Below, piece by piece: positions 1 to 8,890 of a stretch of 29,577 nucleotides of DNA (within the stretch, counting starts at the first letter, position 1; the number at the start of each line of letters is the position of its first letter). Made by a program: the position numbers and the translations under genes. A model generated the notes under the pieces. The model was not told the DNA's origin. It worked only from the letters and a program-made list of their open reading frames with translations, and did not search any database. The DNA lies in contig JAAFKJ010000102.1 of assembly GCA_021399395.1 (NCBI GenBank), positions 1-29,577 of the forward strand, read 5' to 3'. This stretch comes from Candidatus Heimdallarchaeota archaeon. GTDB taxonomy: Archaea; Asgardarchaeota; Heimdallarchaeia; Heimdallarchaeales; Heimdallarchaeaceae.

Positions 1-24
1 TGATACACAGTTTTCAATTTGATT

Positions 25-41
25 GGGATATGTGCTATCCC
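25..41 (-). terminator. Putative hairpin downstream of the TPR gene
   Basis: GGGATA-TGTGC-TATCCC inverted repeat 7 nt past the stop of the minus-strand TPR gene. Confidence 0.35.
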
Positions 42-48
42 TAAATCT

Positions 49-954
49 CTACTCTTTTCCAAGTTCGTTTTTTACAGCACTAAAACTCTCTTGTAATTCT
101 TTATTATTAGGATCTAATTCCACAGCTTTTTCATAATATTCAAGAGATTCTTCTAGATTACCTTTTTGTGCATAAGCGTCACCTAAACTATGCCAGGTGT
201 TCCCCATTTCAGGAAAAATGTCAATGGATTTTCGGATATGTTCTATTGCTTCATCTACTTGATCTAATTTTAGTAAAACAACACCCATATTGTTAAGACT
301 CAAATAATCTTGAGGATCTATCCTAAGAACCTCTACAAGGCAGTCTTTAGTTTCTCTAAATTCATTTCTATCATAATGAAGTTCTGCCAATCTTATCCAG
401 ATTGCAAAAGCATCAGGAATATTTTCAACAATCTTATTGTAATAGCTAATTGCTTCTGGTATTCGTTCTAGTTCTTCAAGAGTGTCACAAATCATGATAA
501 GAATCTCAGCATCAGAAGGATCAACTTGTTCTCCCTTTTGAAATATTTCAAGAGCTTTTTCGAAGTCTTCCTGTTTTCTATAAATGAGCCCCATATTGTA
601 TATGGTGTCAATACTATCTGGTTCTATTGACATAACCTTCTGAAAATATTTTAACGCTTCTTCATCATCGCCTTGTTCATAAAAAACATTCCCCATTATA
701 TGTAAAGCCTCATTATCCTCAGGATTTATATCAAGAGCTTTCTTACTATTAGCCATCGCTTCTTCAAATTTTTCTAACTCCAGATAGGTATCAGCTAAAG
801 CACGATATGCTTCTGAATCTGTAGGATCTGCCTTATTCGCTTTAAGAAATGACTCTACTGCTTCTTCGTATTTCTCTTCTTCAAAGAGCTTATCCCCTTG
901 TTCAATCAGCTCTATGTACTCCTTTGATTTAACTTCTTCATTCATTTGCTTCAC
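49..954 (-). CDS. Tetratricopeptide repeat (TPR) protein, about 8 repeats
   Basis: Repeated ~34-aa units with A..Y..LG/MG...Y....G..EEA...Y.KA..(I/L)(D/N)P consensus across the whole protein; start GTG 954 or ATG 945. Confidence 0.92.
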   Translation of the reverse strand: MKQMNEEVKSKEYIELIEQGDKLFEEEKYEEAVESFLKANKADPTDSEAYRALADTYLELEKFEEAMANSKKALDINPEDNEALHIMGNVFYEQGDDEEALKYFQKVMSIEPDSIDTIYNMGLIYRKQEDFEKALEIFQKGEQVDPSDAEILIMICDTLEELERIPEAISYYNKIVENIPDAFAIWIRLAELHYDRNEFRETKDCLVEVLRIDPQDYLSLNNMGVVLLKLDQVDEAIEHIRKSIDIFPEMGNTWHSLGDAYAQKGNLEESLEYYEKAVELDPNNKELQESFSAVKNELGKE

Positions 955-983
955 ACATCGTTTGAAACATCTATTTAGAAATC

Positions 984-1018
984 TTTATATATGTGGCATA
1001 CTATATATGGTATAGTAT
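984..1018 (+). promoter_or_regulatory. TATA box plus palindromic operator of the PadR operon
   Basis: TTTATATA at 984-991, followed by the perfect inverted repeat ATACTATA-N5-TATAGTAT at 998-1018. Confidence 0.7.
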
Positions 1019-1068
1019 AATTGGATTAGTAAGCCACGAATACTAACAAAGAAACAAAAGGTGTAAAA

Positions 1069-1590
1069 ATGTTCAGAAACATCAAAACATATCGTCCTGA
1101 AGCTCTGATTGAAACAGCAAGGTTTAGATCTTATGTTGAAAGCTTTGAATCAGAACTACTTAGAGGGATTTCTACACTATCTGCTTTGGCAATAATTCAA
1201 CGACATCCAGAGGAAGGAGTTTACGGTTATCAGTTACTCAAAGAACTTGAACAAGAGACTCAAAAAACTCTTGTAATTGAAGAAGGAACTCTATATCCAA
1301 TTCTCCGCAAACTTGAGAGAGACGGTCTGCTTGTTTCCGAAAGAAAGGAATCAAGTGGTCGTCCTCGCAAGTACTATAAGCTTACTGAAGATGGCCAAAA
1401 ATTGCATAACCATATGATTGGATTCTTCTCCAAACTATTGGAAGCAATTGGTCCATTAATTGAAGTTGATATTAAACTCCCTGAGAAAAAGTATGTTTAT
1501 TGTCCAAATTGTACAAACAAAATTCCTCAGAGCACAGATGTACGATTTTGTAACATCTGCGGATTGAATATTGAAGGATTATCAAAATAA
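1069..1590 (+). CDS. PadR-family transcriptional regulator with C-terminal zinc ribbon
   Basis: YGYQLLKEL, EEGTLYPILRKLERDGL and GRPRKYYKLTEDG PadR motifs; C-terminal CPNC...FCNICG. Confidence 0.92.
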   Translation: MFRNIKTYRPEALIETARFRSYVESFESELLRGISTLSALAIIQRHPEEGVYGYQLLKELEQETQKTLVIEEGTLYPILRKLERDGLLVSERKESSGRPRKYYKLTEDGQKLHNHMIGFFSKLLEAIGPLIEVDIKLPEKKYVYCPNCTNKIPQSTDVRFCNICGLNIEGLSK

Positions 1591-1600
1591 GGTGAAAGAA

Positions 1601-2698
1601 ATGAATTATCAAAATGAATCAAAAGAATTGATTGAAGCATTCAAAGAAGAGGTAAAAAAGAAAGTACCTATTTGGCTAAAGACTCAAGTAACAGAGTTGA
1701 AAGACTTTCTAGATGAACTAGAAGATCATATTTGGGATAAGGCTACTGAATACGCTAATGGTAGAGATCCTGAGATTACGCATGTTAGAGAAGCTATTAT
1801 TTCCATGGGTAGTCCAAGAAAAATAACTAAAGAATTTAAAACAAGAGGAAATCCAAAATTCTTTATTACTGAAGAATTGTGGCCTAGTTACTACAAAAGT
1901 TTGATTTTTGGAGCAGTTATTGTTCTATTCATCAATATGCTAACCATGGGGTTTGATTTAGCTAAACCTGAGGCAAATATTGGTGCAACTATTGGTCAAG
2001 CTTTTGAGGGAACATTTGCAGGTTTTGCTTATGTTTTCGTAGGCATGACACTGATGTTTGTTCAACTGTCTTATCATGGGTATCTTCCTGAAGATTTCAG
2101 AAAGATGGCTGAGGCACGAGAAAAGAAAGAACTACTCAAAAAAGAAGCAAGAAGAGTAGGCAAAACTGTTAGACCTGAAAGAACTAAGAAACCAAAGAGA
2201 GAGAAATCAGTTATTCCTTCATCAGGAAGCTATCTCTTTGAAGGAATTATGGCATTCATTGGAGGTGGAGTTTTAGTATTCTATCCATTCATAGATATCA
2301 ATAGAGTGTATATTGAATACTGGATGCCTGCTCTCCCAGGTTGGTTAAAGCTGGTTGGTGGTGTCATGTTAATTTCTGGTGTCATCAGATTTTCTCAAGC
2401 TTTAATTGGAAAAAATCGAAGATTACAACAATTTTTCCTAGCATTGGGCATCATACCTATGTGTTTGAGTCTTGCTCTTTGGTTACAAGTACATTTCAAT
2501 CCTGATTTGGTTACAAATGTACTGAGCAGTAGATTTCCAGCTACCAATATCCCACAAATAATTCTTGCGATTGTAGTTGTATTGTCAATCCTCCAAATTT
2601 TTGGAATGATTGATGAGATCAGAAAGATTGTAAAATTAGAGATTAAGGGATTTGAGAAAAAAGAATCTAAATATGAGAAATTAATGAATAATCATTAG
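1601..2698 (+). CDS. Multi-pass membrane protein with N-terminal HAAS-like helical domain (PadR partner)
   Basis: ELEDHIWD...EAIISMGSPRKI resembles the HAAS signature (EL..H....A...LG.P..IA); about 6 hydrophobic segments; GGTGA at 1591-1595 precedes ATG 1601 (ORF track starts at 1571). Confidence 0.75.
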   Translation: MNYQNESKELIEAFKEEVKKKVPIWLKTQVTELKDFLDELEDHIWDKATEYANGRDPEITHVREAIISMGSPRKITKEFKTRGNPKFFITEELWPSYYKSLIFGAVIVLFINMLTMGFDLAKPEANIGATIGQAFEGTFAGFAYVFVGMTLMFVQLSYHGYLPEDFRKMAEAREKKELLKKEARRVGKTVRPERTKKPKREKSVIPSSGSYLFEGIMAFIGGGVLVFYPFIDINRVYIEYWMPALPGWLKLVGGVMLISGVIRFSQALIGKNRRLQQFFLALGIIPMCLSLALWLQVHFNPDLVTNVLSSRFPATNIPQIILAIVVVLSILQIFGMIDEIRKIVKLEIKGFEKKESKYEKLMNNH

Positions 2699-2718
2699 TT
2701 CTCTTTTCTCTTTTTTTC
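2699..2718 (+). terminator. Archaeal T-rich terminator
   Basis: TTCTCTTTTCTCTTTTTTTC immediately after the stop codon. Confidence 0.55.
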
Positions 2719-2774
2719 ATTTAACACTTTGAACAATAATATATAGTAGAATAGTCTCTATATTCTTGGGTTCT

Positions 2775-4352
2775 ATGTTTATCGAAGTCACCGTTGGTAC
2801 GTTCATTTTCGGAATACTAGCAGAAGCTGTAAAACGATTAGGGGGACAAACTGCTGGAGAATTTTTGTACAAAAGGATTAGAACAAAATTCAAGAAGAAT
2901 CACAATAAAGACATCGAACAAGAGCTAGTTAATGCTGAAACTTTGGATGAATTTAGAGATATACTCAAAGAAGAATTAGGTCCCTATGGTGTGAAAAACA
3001 AAGAAATTGATATTATGATATTGAAAGGAGTTCAGAAGCTTTCGAATGATCATGATATAATCATTGACAAAATAGACAGAATTGAAGGTCTTATTATCAA
3101 ACTCTCAACTAACATTCTATATGAAGCACAAATCTCAGGTTCTGAAGTACCAGTAGAATTAAATGAGAATCTTTTTGAGAATTTTCTACTAAAAGACGAA
3201 AAATCAGAAAACAAGATTAACGAATATATCAAAGATGGTCATTATTCACCAACTCTTGAACAGACTCTAACGAAATATGAACCCTTCAGACAAGCTTACT
3301 CACATGAAATTTTGCTTGTGGAAAGATTTCTAAGACATTTTGAAGAAAATAAAAATCAAATGAACCAATTAGCTATGCTGTCTGATTTATGGTCTATTCT
3401 GGGTTCAAAAAGTCTCTCCAGCAATATGATGGTTAGTGAAATAATCATAGAAATCCTAACAAAGAAAGACGTTTCAGAAGAATTGAGTTTAGTCAATTTA
3501 CTTCGATTCTTACATTTACTTGATACATCTGATGCGCTTGATCAAATTGATGAAGAAGTAAGGAAAGAAATAGAAAGATCTCTAAGTTCAGAAATAGAAA
3601 AAGCTCCTTATTATACACAACTCGAATTGGCTTATTTTCTTATGAAATTAGATAATTCAAATGTACAGGTTCTAGAGTATGTAGAAAAAGCTCTTACAGA
3701 GCTCTCAAATCAAAAGTACTCAGACCAATTTGTTAAAGAAAGTATTTCGATAAACAAGAAGATACTCACTTTTTTCCATAATGAAACAGAACTCAATATA
3801 AACAGGTCTACAAAAGCAATAGGTAGTCTCACAAAGAGATTCAAAGTCCGAAAGTTTGCCAAAAGTACTGTTCTTCTAGAAGGACAACTAACTAGAACAC
3901 TTTCCGAAACTAATCTTATTGCTTCGAATATACCTGATGTTCTTGATAAAGAAAGCTTAATATCTTTAAAACAGACCATATCAGATTTAACAGATACTCT
4001 AGTTCAGAATATAGACAAAGACGCTCTAACTGACAAAATTAGAACTCAGATATGGAAAATCATTGATAACTGTGTGTATATCGTTAATAAAATATCGATT
4101 ACCAATACTAAACAAATTCTAGAAAATTTTGAAGTTGATATTGCAAAGAAGCAAGGGGTATATTCTGAAGATTGGGGAGAATATAAAAGAAAATCAACAG
4201 AAGAAATTAAGAGAACATTGAAAGAAATCAAGCTCTCTAAATCATTTTTTAAGAAGGTTGAAACAGAGAAAATGTTAAAAGATATTAAGGGGCTTCCCGA
4301 ACCTCCGAAAATGAAAGAGAAAGAAGAAAATAAAAGGAAAGAAAATATGTAG
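2775..4352 (+). CDS. Hypothetical large alpha-helical protein
   Basis: 528-aa open frame from TTG 2766 (first ATG 2775), rich in L/E/K/I, no recognisable catalytic motif. Confidence 0.75.
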   Translation: MFIEVTVGTFIFGILAEAVKRLGGQTAGEFLYKRIRTKFKKNHNKDIEQELVNAETLDEFRDILKEELGPYGVKNKEIDIMILKGVQKLSNDHDIIIDKIDRIEGLIIKLSTNILYEAQISGSEVPVELNENLFENFLLKDEKSENKINEYIKDGHYSPTLEQTLTKYEPFRQAYSHEILLVERFLRHFEENKNQMNQLAMLSDLWSILGSKSLSSNMMVSEIIIEILTKKDVSEELSLVNLLRFLHLLDTSDALDQIDEEVRKEIERSLSSEIEKAPYYTQLELAYFLMKLDNSNVQVLEYVEKALTELSNQKYSDQFVKESISINKKILTFFHNETELNINRSTKAIGSLTKRFKVRKFAKSTVLLEGQLTRTLSETNLIASNIPDVLDKESLISLKQTISDLTDTLVQNIDKDALTDKIRTQIWKIIDNCVYIVNKISITNTKQILENFEVDIAKKQGVYSEDWGEYKRKSTEEIKRTLKEIKLSKSFFKKVETEKMLKDIKGLPEPPKMKEKEENKRKENM

Positions 4353-4353
4353 A

Positions 4354-5220
4354 TTATTCTTCAAGAACTGGAGCAATAGTTGCTGTTACGGCCCATTTTC
4401 CTGCAGTCAATGCCATTGTGGGAGGCATATTCCAATAGAAGACTTCTTTAATTTTTCTGACTTTTTTGATTTCTTCAGCATATACTTTTGCAAAATCTTT
4501 GTTTATGGCATCAGCCATGAAGAGATTGTATTCTTTATCAGGTTCTGTTCTTTCTTCAATCTCTGCAATCATTTTCTTTAAAGCACTCTTATAACTTAAA
4601 CCTGCGCCAAATGCTGTAAAACCATCTTCTACGGTACAATGAGCTATAGGTTTCATCTTAAGTAAAGAAACCATTACTCCTTTCATTGACCCTCGACTTA
4701 CTTTTCCTGTTTTGAAAAGAGTCTCAATATCTACAGTTGTACCTATAGTGTAAATTTTATGTTTGATAGTGTCAAGATATTCCATGATTTCCTCTGCTGA
4801 TTTTCCTTTCTTCAGGAGCTTCAAAGTGTTATAAACCATTGCACCTTGAGAGCCTACAGTTAGCTCCGTTGGATAAATATGAAGTTTTAGATTTTTCTTA
4901 ACGGTTCTAGATGCTAGCCTAACTACATTCATTTGGCTAGAAATTTTTGGAGTTATCCCCAGATAAAGTGCTTCTTTGTAACCTTCATCTATCGTTTTCT
5001 TGAGGATATTCATAGTATCTTCAGGCGTTGCTTGACTACTTGTAGGATATGGGTCTAAATCATGAAGACTGTTAACAAAATCATCAAAATTCAGTTCTGT
5101 CAATTCTCTATGATCCTTCCCATCAATAATTAAAATAGATTCAAAGAAACCGATATTTTCCTTTTCCATCATCTCTTTAGGAAGTAAACAAGAAGCATCG
5201 GTAAGTAACTTAATCTTCAT
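4354..5220 (-). CDS. degV: DegV/FakB-family fatty-acid-binding protein
   Basis: IKLLTDASCLLP start, PTSSQAT motif, ISSQMN, L.KTGKVS and LLKMKPI motifs; 288 aa is typical. Confidence 0.88.
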   Translation of the reverse strand: MKIKLLTDASCLLPKEMMEKENIGFFESILIIDGKDHRELTELNFDDFVNSLHDLDPYPTSSQATPEDTMNILKKTIDEGYKEALYLGITPKISSQMNVVRLASRTVKKNLKLHIYPTELTVGSQGAMVYNTLKLLKKGKSAEEIMEYLDTIKHKIYTIGTTVDIETLFKTGKVSRGSMKGVMVSLLKMKPIAHCTVEDGFTAFGAGLSYKSALKKMIAEIEERTEPDKEYNLFMADAINKDFAKVYAEEIKKVRKIKEVFYWNMPPTMALTAGKWAVTATIAPVLEE

Positions 5221-5318
5221 AATTTCTCACTCTGCAGCTAATATAAAAAGAATTGCTCTTTTTTTAAATAACCAATCAAATATATATAGAAGCGTAAAAA
5301 ACATTACTTGGTGCAGAG

Positions 5319-6161
5319 ATGAGAAGGAAGTTTAAGTTTGAACCATTAGTTGCAAAATATGAAGAATTAGCGGAAGAGATACATATCACTGTAAGCGATG
5401 GTACAACAGTTAGAACCTATTACACAACGGCACCAGAAAAAACGAAAAATGGATTCACACTCTTTTTTATACCTGGGTGGGCAACAATTGTTCCTTCATG
5501 GGATGAAGTATTATTAGAAGCAATGATTTATTTCGATGTAGTTTACTTTGAATCACGAGAGAAAGATTCGAGTGTATTAAACAAAAAAACAAAGAACACC
5601 CTTGACAGAGTTTCTGAAGATGTAATAGATGTCATTAACCATCTTAACTTGGACGAAAAAAAACTTATACCTCTAGCTTCTTCTTGGGGTGCAATACTTC
5701 TTGCAGATGCTCTAGCTAAGAAGAAATTTGATCCGTATTTGGTTGCGTTTGTAGGTGCAACTTCTAAAATTGCTTTACCAAAAGGTACCAAGTATATTAT
5801 CCCTTTCACCCCTCCTTTTGTATTAACTGTTATCAAACCTCTTCTTCGTTCATGGTTAATAAACAAGAAATCTGAAAGTGAGGAACACGCTAAGAGATAT
5901 CTAAGACTGTTAGAAGAAGCAAATGCTAAGAAATGGAAAAATGTAGCTAAGTGTTCCTTGGGAGAACATTGGCATTTATATGAACGGATAGAACAAAATA
6001 CAATTATTTTTGGAGCAGAACAGGATAAAATGCACAATATAGCGGAAACCAGAAAAATTGTTAAGTTAGTTAAGAAGTCGATATATATTGATATGAAAAC
6101 TAACAAGAATACTCACTCTTCAAATGTAATAGATGAATTAAGAAGACAGCTAGAAACATAG
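5319..6161 (+). CDS. Alpha/beta-fold hydrolase (putative esterase/lipase), copy 1
   Basis: FFIPGW oxyanion motif, ASSWG nucleophile elbow, GAEQD acid and KNTH His. Confidence 0.8.
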   Translation: MRRKFKFEPLVAKYEELAEEIHITVSDGTTVRTYYTTAPEKTKNGFTLFFIPGWATIVPSWDEVLLEAMIYFDVVYFESREKDSSVLNKKTKNTLDRVSEDVIDVINHLNLDEKKLIPLASSWGAILLADALAKKKFDPYLVAFVGATSKIALPKGTKYIIPFTPPFVLTVIKPLLRSWLINKKSESEEHAKRYLRLLEEANAKKWKNVAKCSLGEHWHLYERIEQNTIIFGAEQDKMHNIAETRKIVKLVKKSIYIDMKTNKNTHSSNVIDELRRQLET

Positions 6162-6166
6162 CAAAA

Positions 6167-6186
6167 GAACAAGGACTTCTTTGTTC
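6167..6186 (+). terminator. Putative hairpin between the hydrolase paralogs
   Basis: GAACAAGG-ACTT-CTTTGTTC, an 8-bp stem with one G-U pair, just after the stop. Confidence 0.35.
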
Positions 6187-6272
6187 ATTAAAAGAGAATT
6201 TAATTGGCTTAATTGTAATTACATAGTTTTGGTAAGGTGAATAATTTTTTAAACAAGTTGTAAAAACATGAC

Positions 6273-7130
6273 TTGAATGGGATGAGAACGAAGAAACTCA
6301 GATTTGAACCATTAATCGCGAAATATGAGGAGATAGCAGAAGAAGCTTTCATCCCAGTGAGTGATGGTACAATACTCAGGGTACTACGGACAAAAGCACC
6401 AGAAGAAACAAGAAATGACTTTACGCTTTTCTTAATACCAGGATGGTCTACAGCGGTTATTTCATGGGATAAAGTTCTCTCAGAAGCCATGAAGTTTTTT
6501 GACATCGTTTACTTTGAATCAAGAGAAAAACACTCAAGTACATTGAATATGAAAACAAAAAATACTCTAGATAGAATTTCTGAAGATGTTAAAGAAGTTG
6601 TTAGACATCTAGAATTGGATGAAAAATCTATGGTTATATTAGCTTCTTCATGGGGTGCGATTTTCCTAGCTGATGCACTAGCAAAGAAGAAAATTAATCC
6701 TCATTTGGTAGCATTGAGTGGTACAACAGCTAAACTCACACTCCCTAAAGGTACAAGACACATAATTCCTTTCACACCTCCCTTTATTTTTACAGCTCTT
6801 AAACCAATTCTACGAGCTTGGTTAGCAAATAGAAAATCTGAAGATGAAGAACAAGCAAGAAAAATTCTGAGAAATCTTGAAGAAGCAGATGCACGGAAAT
6901 GGAAAAAAGTTGTCAAGTATTCTATGATGGATTGTTGGGATCTATATGAACAAATAGAGCAAAATACTATTATTTTTGGTGCAGAATTGGATAAAATGCA
7001 TAATTTTGAAGAAACGAGAAGGATTGTAAGATTAGTAAAGAATTCAACATATGTGGATATGAAGACCAATAAAAATTCACATACAAAAAATGTTGTTACA
7101 GAATTGAGAAACCACCTAAAAACCATGTAA
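6273..7130 (+). CDS. Alpha/beta-fold hydrolase, copy 2 (tandem paralog)
   Basis: Collinear with copy 1 (IPGW, VYFESREK, ASSWG, IPFTPPF, DMKTNKN.H); true start may be ATG 6282. Confidence 0.8.
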   Translation: MNGMRTKKLRFEPLIAKYEEIAEEAFIPVSDGTILRVLRTKAPEETRNDFTLFLIPGWSTAVISWDKVLSEAMKFFDIVYFESREKHSSTLNMKTKNTLDRISEDVKEVVRHLELDEKSMVILASSWGAIFLADALAKKKINPHLVALSGTTAKLTLPKGTRHIIPFTPPFIFTALKPILRAWLANRKSEDEEQARKILRNLEEADARKWKKVVKYSMMDCWDLYEQIEQNTIIFGAELDKMHNFEETRRIVRLVKNSTYVDMKTNKNSHTKNVVTELRNHLKTM

Positions 7131-7181
7131 TTGAGGGGGAGAGACGAATTTTGAGCGATACAAGTTCATCTAGATTTCAAC

Positions 7182-7961
7182 TTACAAAACGTATTTGTGT
7201 CGTTTGCCTTTCTTAAAACTGTAAAGAGTGTCAATATCCAATTCTTTCCAATGTACATCTTTGATAAGTGGTTCTGAAGCTACGATGCATATTTGTACAT
7301 CTTGACCTTTTACAAACAAGGTGAACCATAATTGATTATTCTCACCAATGATATTGGTTTCGTGAGGAGGGCGAATCTCAGTGTAGTAAAGGGTTTTGTA
7401 ACCGGAATAGTAGGCATAAAGTATTTCGCTATCGGAAAGAAGAAAATTCAGACCTCCTTGTTTTGCTAACTCTTCTGCTGTTTTATCTATTTGTTTGGCA
7501 ATTTCTTTATCAGCAGCTAATCGTCCTAAAGCCTTGACATCACCTAGAATTGAGCAGAAAGCTTCTTCAGAATCTGTTTCTCCTTTAGGTTTAAGATAGT
7601 CTGATCTTTCAAGGATATGTCTGTACATTCTCAGATGACCAGCATGAGAAAATAACCATTTTCTTTCAAAAAGCTCTTGGGTAAATGGATGAGTATTTTC
7701 TAGTGTTTTTCTTCCTTTAGAAGCAAATCGTATATGCGAGATAAGAAAATTACTAAAAAAATTCGCTGGAAAACGCAAAGAAAATTCCTTTTTATCGAAC
7801 TTATTTTCCTCAAACGGTTCTTTATCAACTAGCCAATAATCATTTTTAGAGTAAGCATAACCCCAGCCACTAGGATCTTTTTCCCCTATACCAGCTGAGC
7901 CTTTAAAAGCAAAATCGACTTCTATTTCATCTTCACTGCAAATCCCCAAGAGTTGAGCCAA
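7182..7961 (-). CDS. Class II glutamine amidotransferase-like protein (YafJ/EgtC family), probably catalytically inactive
   Basis: GWG, SHIRFAS.G, ENTHPF and GETDSE motifs; likely TTG start at 7961 after GGTGG gives MAQLLG (family consensus MC.LLG); ORF track extends to 8000. Confidence 0.85.
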   Translation of the reverse strand: MAQLLGICSEDEIEVDFAFKGSAGIGEKDPSGWGYAYSKNDYWLVDKEPFEENKFDKKEFSLRFPANFFSNFLISHIRFASKGRKTLENTHPFTQELFERKWLFSHAGHLRMYRHILERSDYLKPKGETDSEEAFCSILGDVKALGRLAADKEIAKQIDKTAEELAKQGGLNFLLSDSEILYAYYSGYKTLYYTEIRPPHETNIIGENNQLWFTLFVKGQDVQICIVASEPLIKDVHWKELDIDTLYSFKKGKRHKYVL

Positions 7962-8005
7962 CAAACCACCTATAATACAATGGCAATCATCACTTATCAA
8001 GCTAT

Positions 8006-8338
8006 CTAATTTTTTGAGGAGAACAGCAATTCTTTATCTGGCCAAACACCTGTTACTTGACATACACTAAAAATATGTGAACAGATTCCTCTATGTTTGA
8101 AAAAAGGACATGAACACTCATAGAGTCCTTGATTATATCTAACCCAATATTTACCATATTTAGTAGAGATAATCATATACTTGAAAGAAATCCACTCGTT
8201 TTGATCATCTTTTTCCCCTTTCATGTATTGGATTCTTTTGGGGTGACTCATATACTTGTGACTTATCTTGAATTTGTTTCGCACTAATCTATCTTTTTGT
8301 ATCCACTCTTTAATCCAATCAGGTATATCGGAAGTCAT
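8006..8338 (-). CDS. SWIM zinc-finger protein
   Basis: YECSCPFFKHRGICSHI matches the CxCx(n)CxH SWIM motif. Confidence 0.85.
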   Translation of the reverse strand: MTSDIPDWIKEWIQKDRLVRNKFKISHKYMSHPKRIQYMKGEKDDQNEWISFKYMIISTKYGKYWVRYNQGLYECSCPFFKHRGICSHIFSVCQVTGVWPDKELLFSSKN

Positions 8339-8456
8339 GATTATTTCAATAAATTATCATTTTTAGATTATTCTTAAAGTATTATATTTGTATTAAATAA
8401 TATTTAAAAACAAGCTAAGAAGCAACAGTAATAACATTAAATGAACAGTGTTTATT

Positions 8457-8867
8457 ATGTCAGCAAAATTTCCAAGTAGAGAATGGATAGAGAGATTTAT
8501 GGGGGTTCTTAATAACTCCGCAGATTACAAGGAAGCGGCTAAAACGTGGGAAGGCGACTTTCTATTTGTAATCGAACCAGATGATAAACTAGATAAACAA
8601 CACACATTTTATCTAGATCTTTGGCATGGCGATTGTAGAAGCGTAGATTATATTGAGGAAGGACAAAAAGGACCTAAAACTGAATTTGAGTATATAGGTA
8701 CCTATTCTAATTGGTTAAAAGTAATTAATGGAGACTTAGATCCTATCAAAGGAATCCTAACTAGAAAATTCAAGCTTGTTGGTGATAAAGGAAAAGTCAT
8801 GCGAGCAACCAAAGCTGCAAAAGAATTAGTTAATTCAGCACAAAAAGTTCCAACAGAATTTCTATAA
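8457..8867 (+). CDS. SCP2 (sterol carrier protein 2) domain lipid-binding protein
   Basis: KFPSREW start, GTYSNWLKVINGDLDPIKGILTRKFKLVGD C-terminal SCP2 signature; ORF track start 8448. Confidence 0.85.
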   Translation: MSAKFPSREWIERFMGVLNNSADYKEAAKTWEGDFLFVIEPDDKLDKQHTFYLDLWHGDCRSVDYIEEGQKGPKTEFEYIGTYSNWLKVINGDLDPIKGILTRKFKLVGDKGKVMRATKAAKELVNSAQKVPTEFL

Positions 8868-8890
8868 CATTTTTATTCTACCTTTTTTTA

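Noticed and set aside
5543-7126. Mutually similar antisense ORFs (5543..6106, 6701..7126, also 6209..6505)
   Set aside because: Their similarity simply mirrors the paralogous hydrolases on the plus strand, and they carry no independent motifs.
7962-8000. Cys residues in the upstream extension (DDCHC) as the amidotransferase nucleophile
   Set aside because: They lie upstream of the RBS-supported start and outside the family alignment, where the catalytic Cys must be residue 1 of the mature protein.
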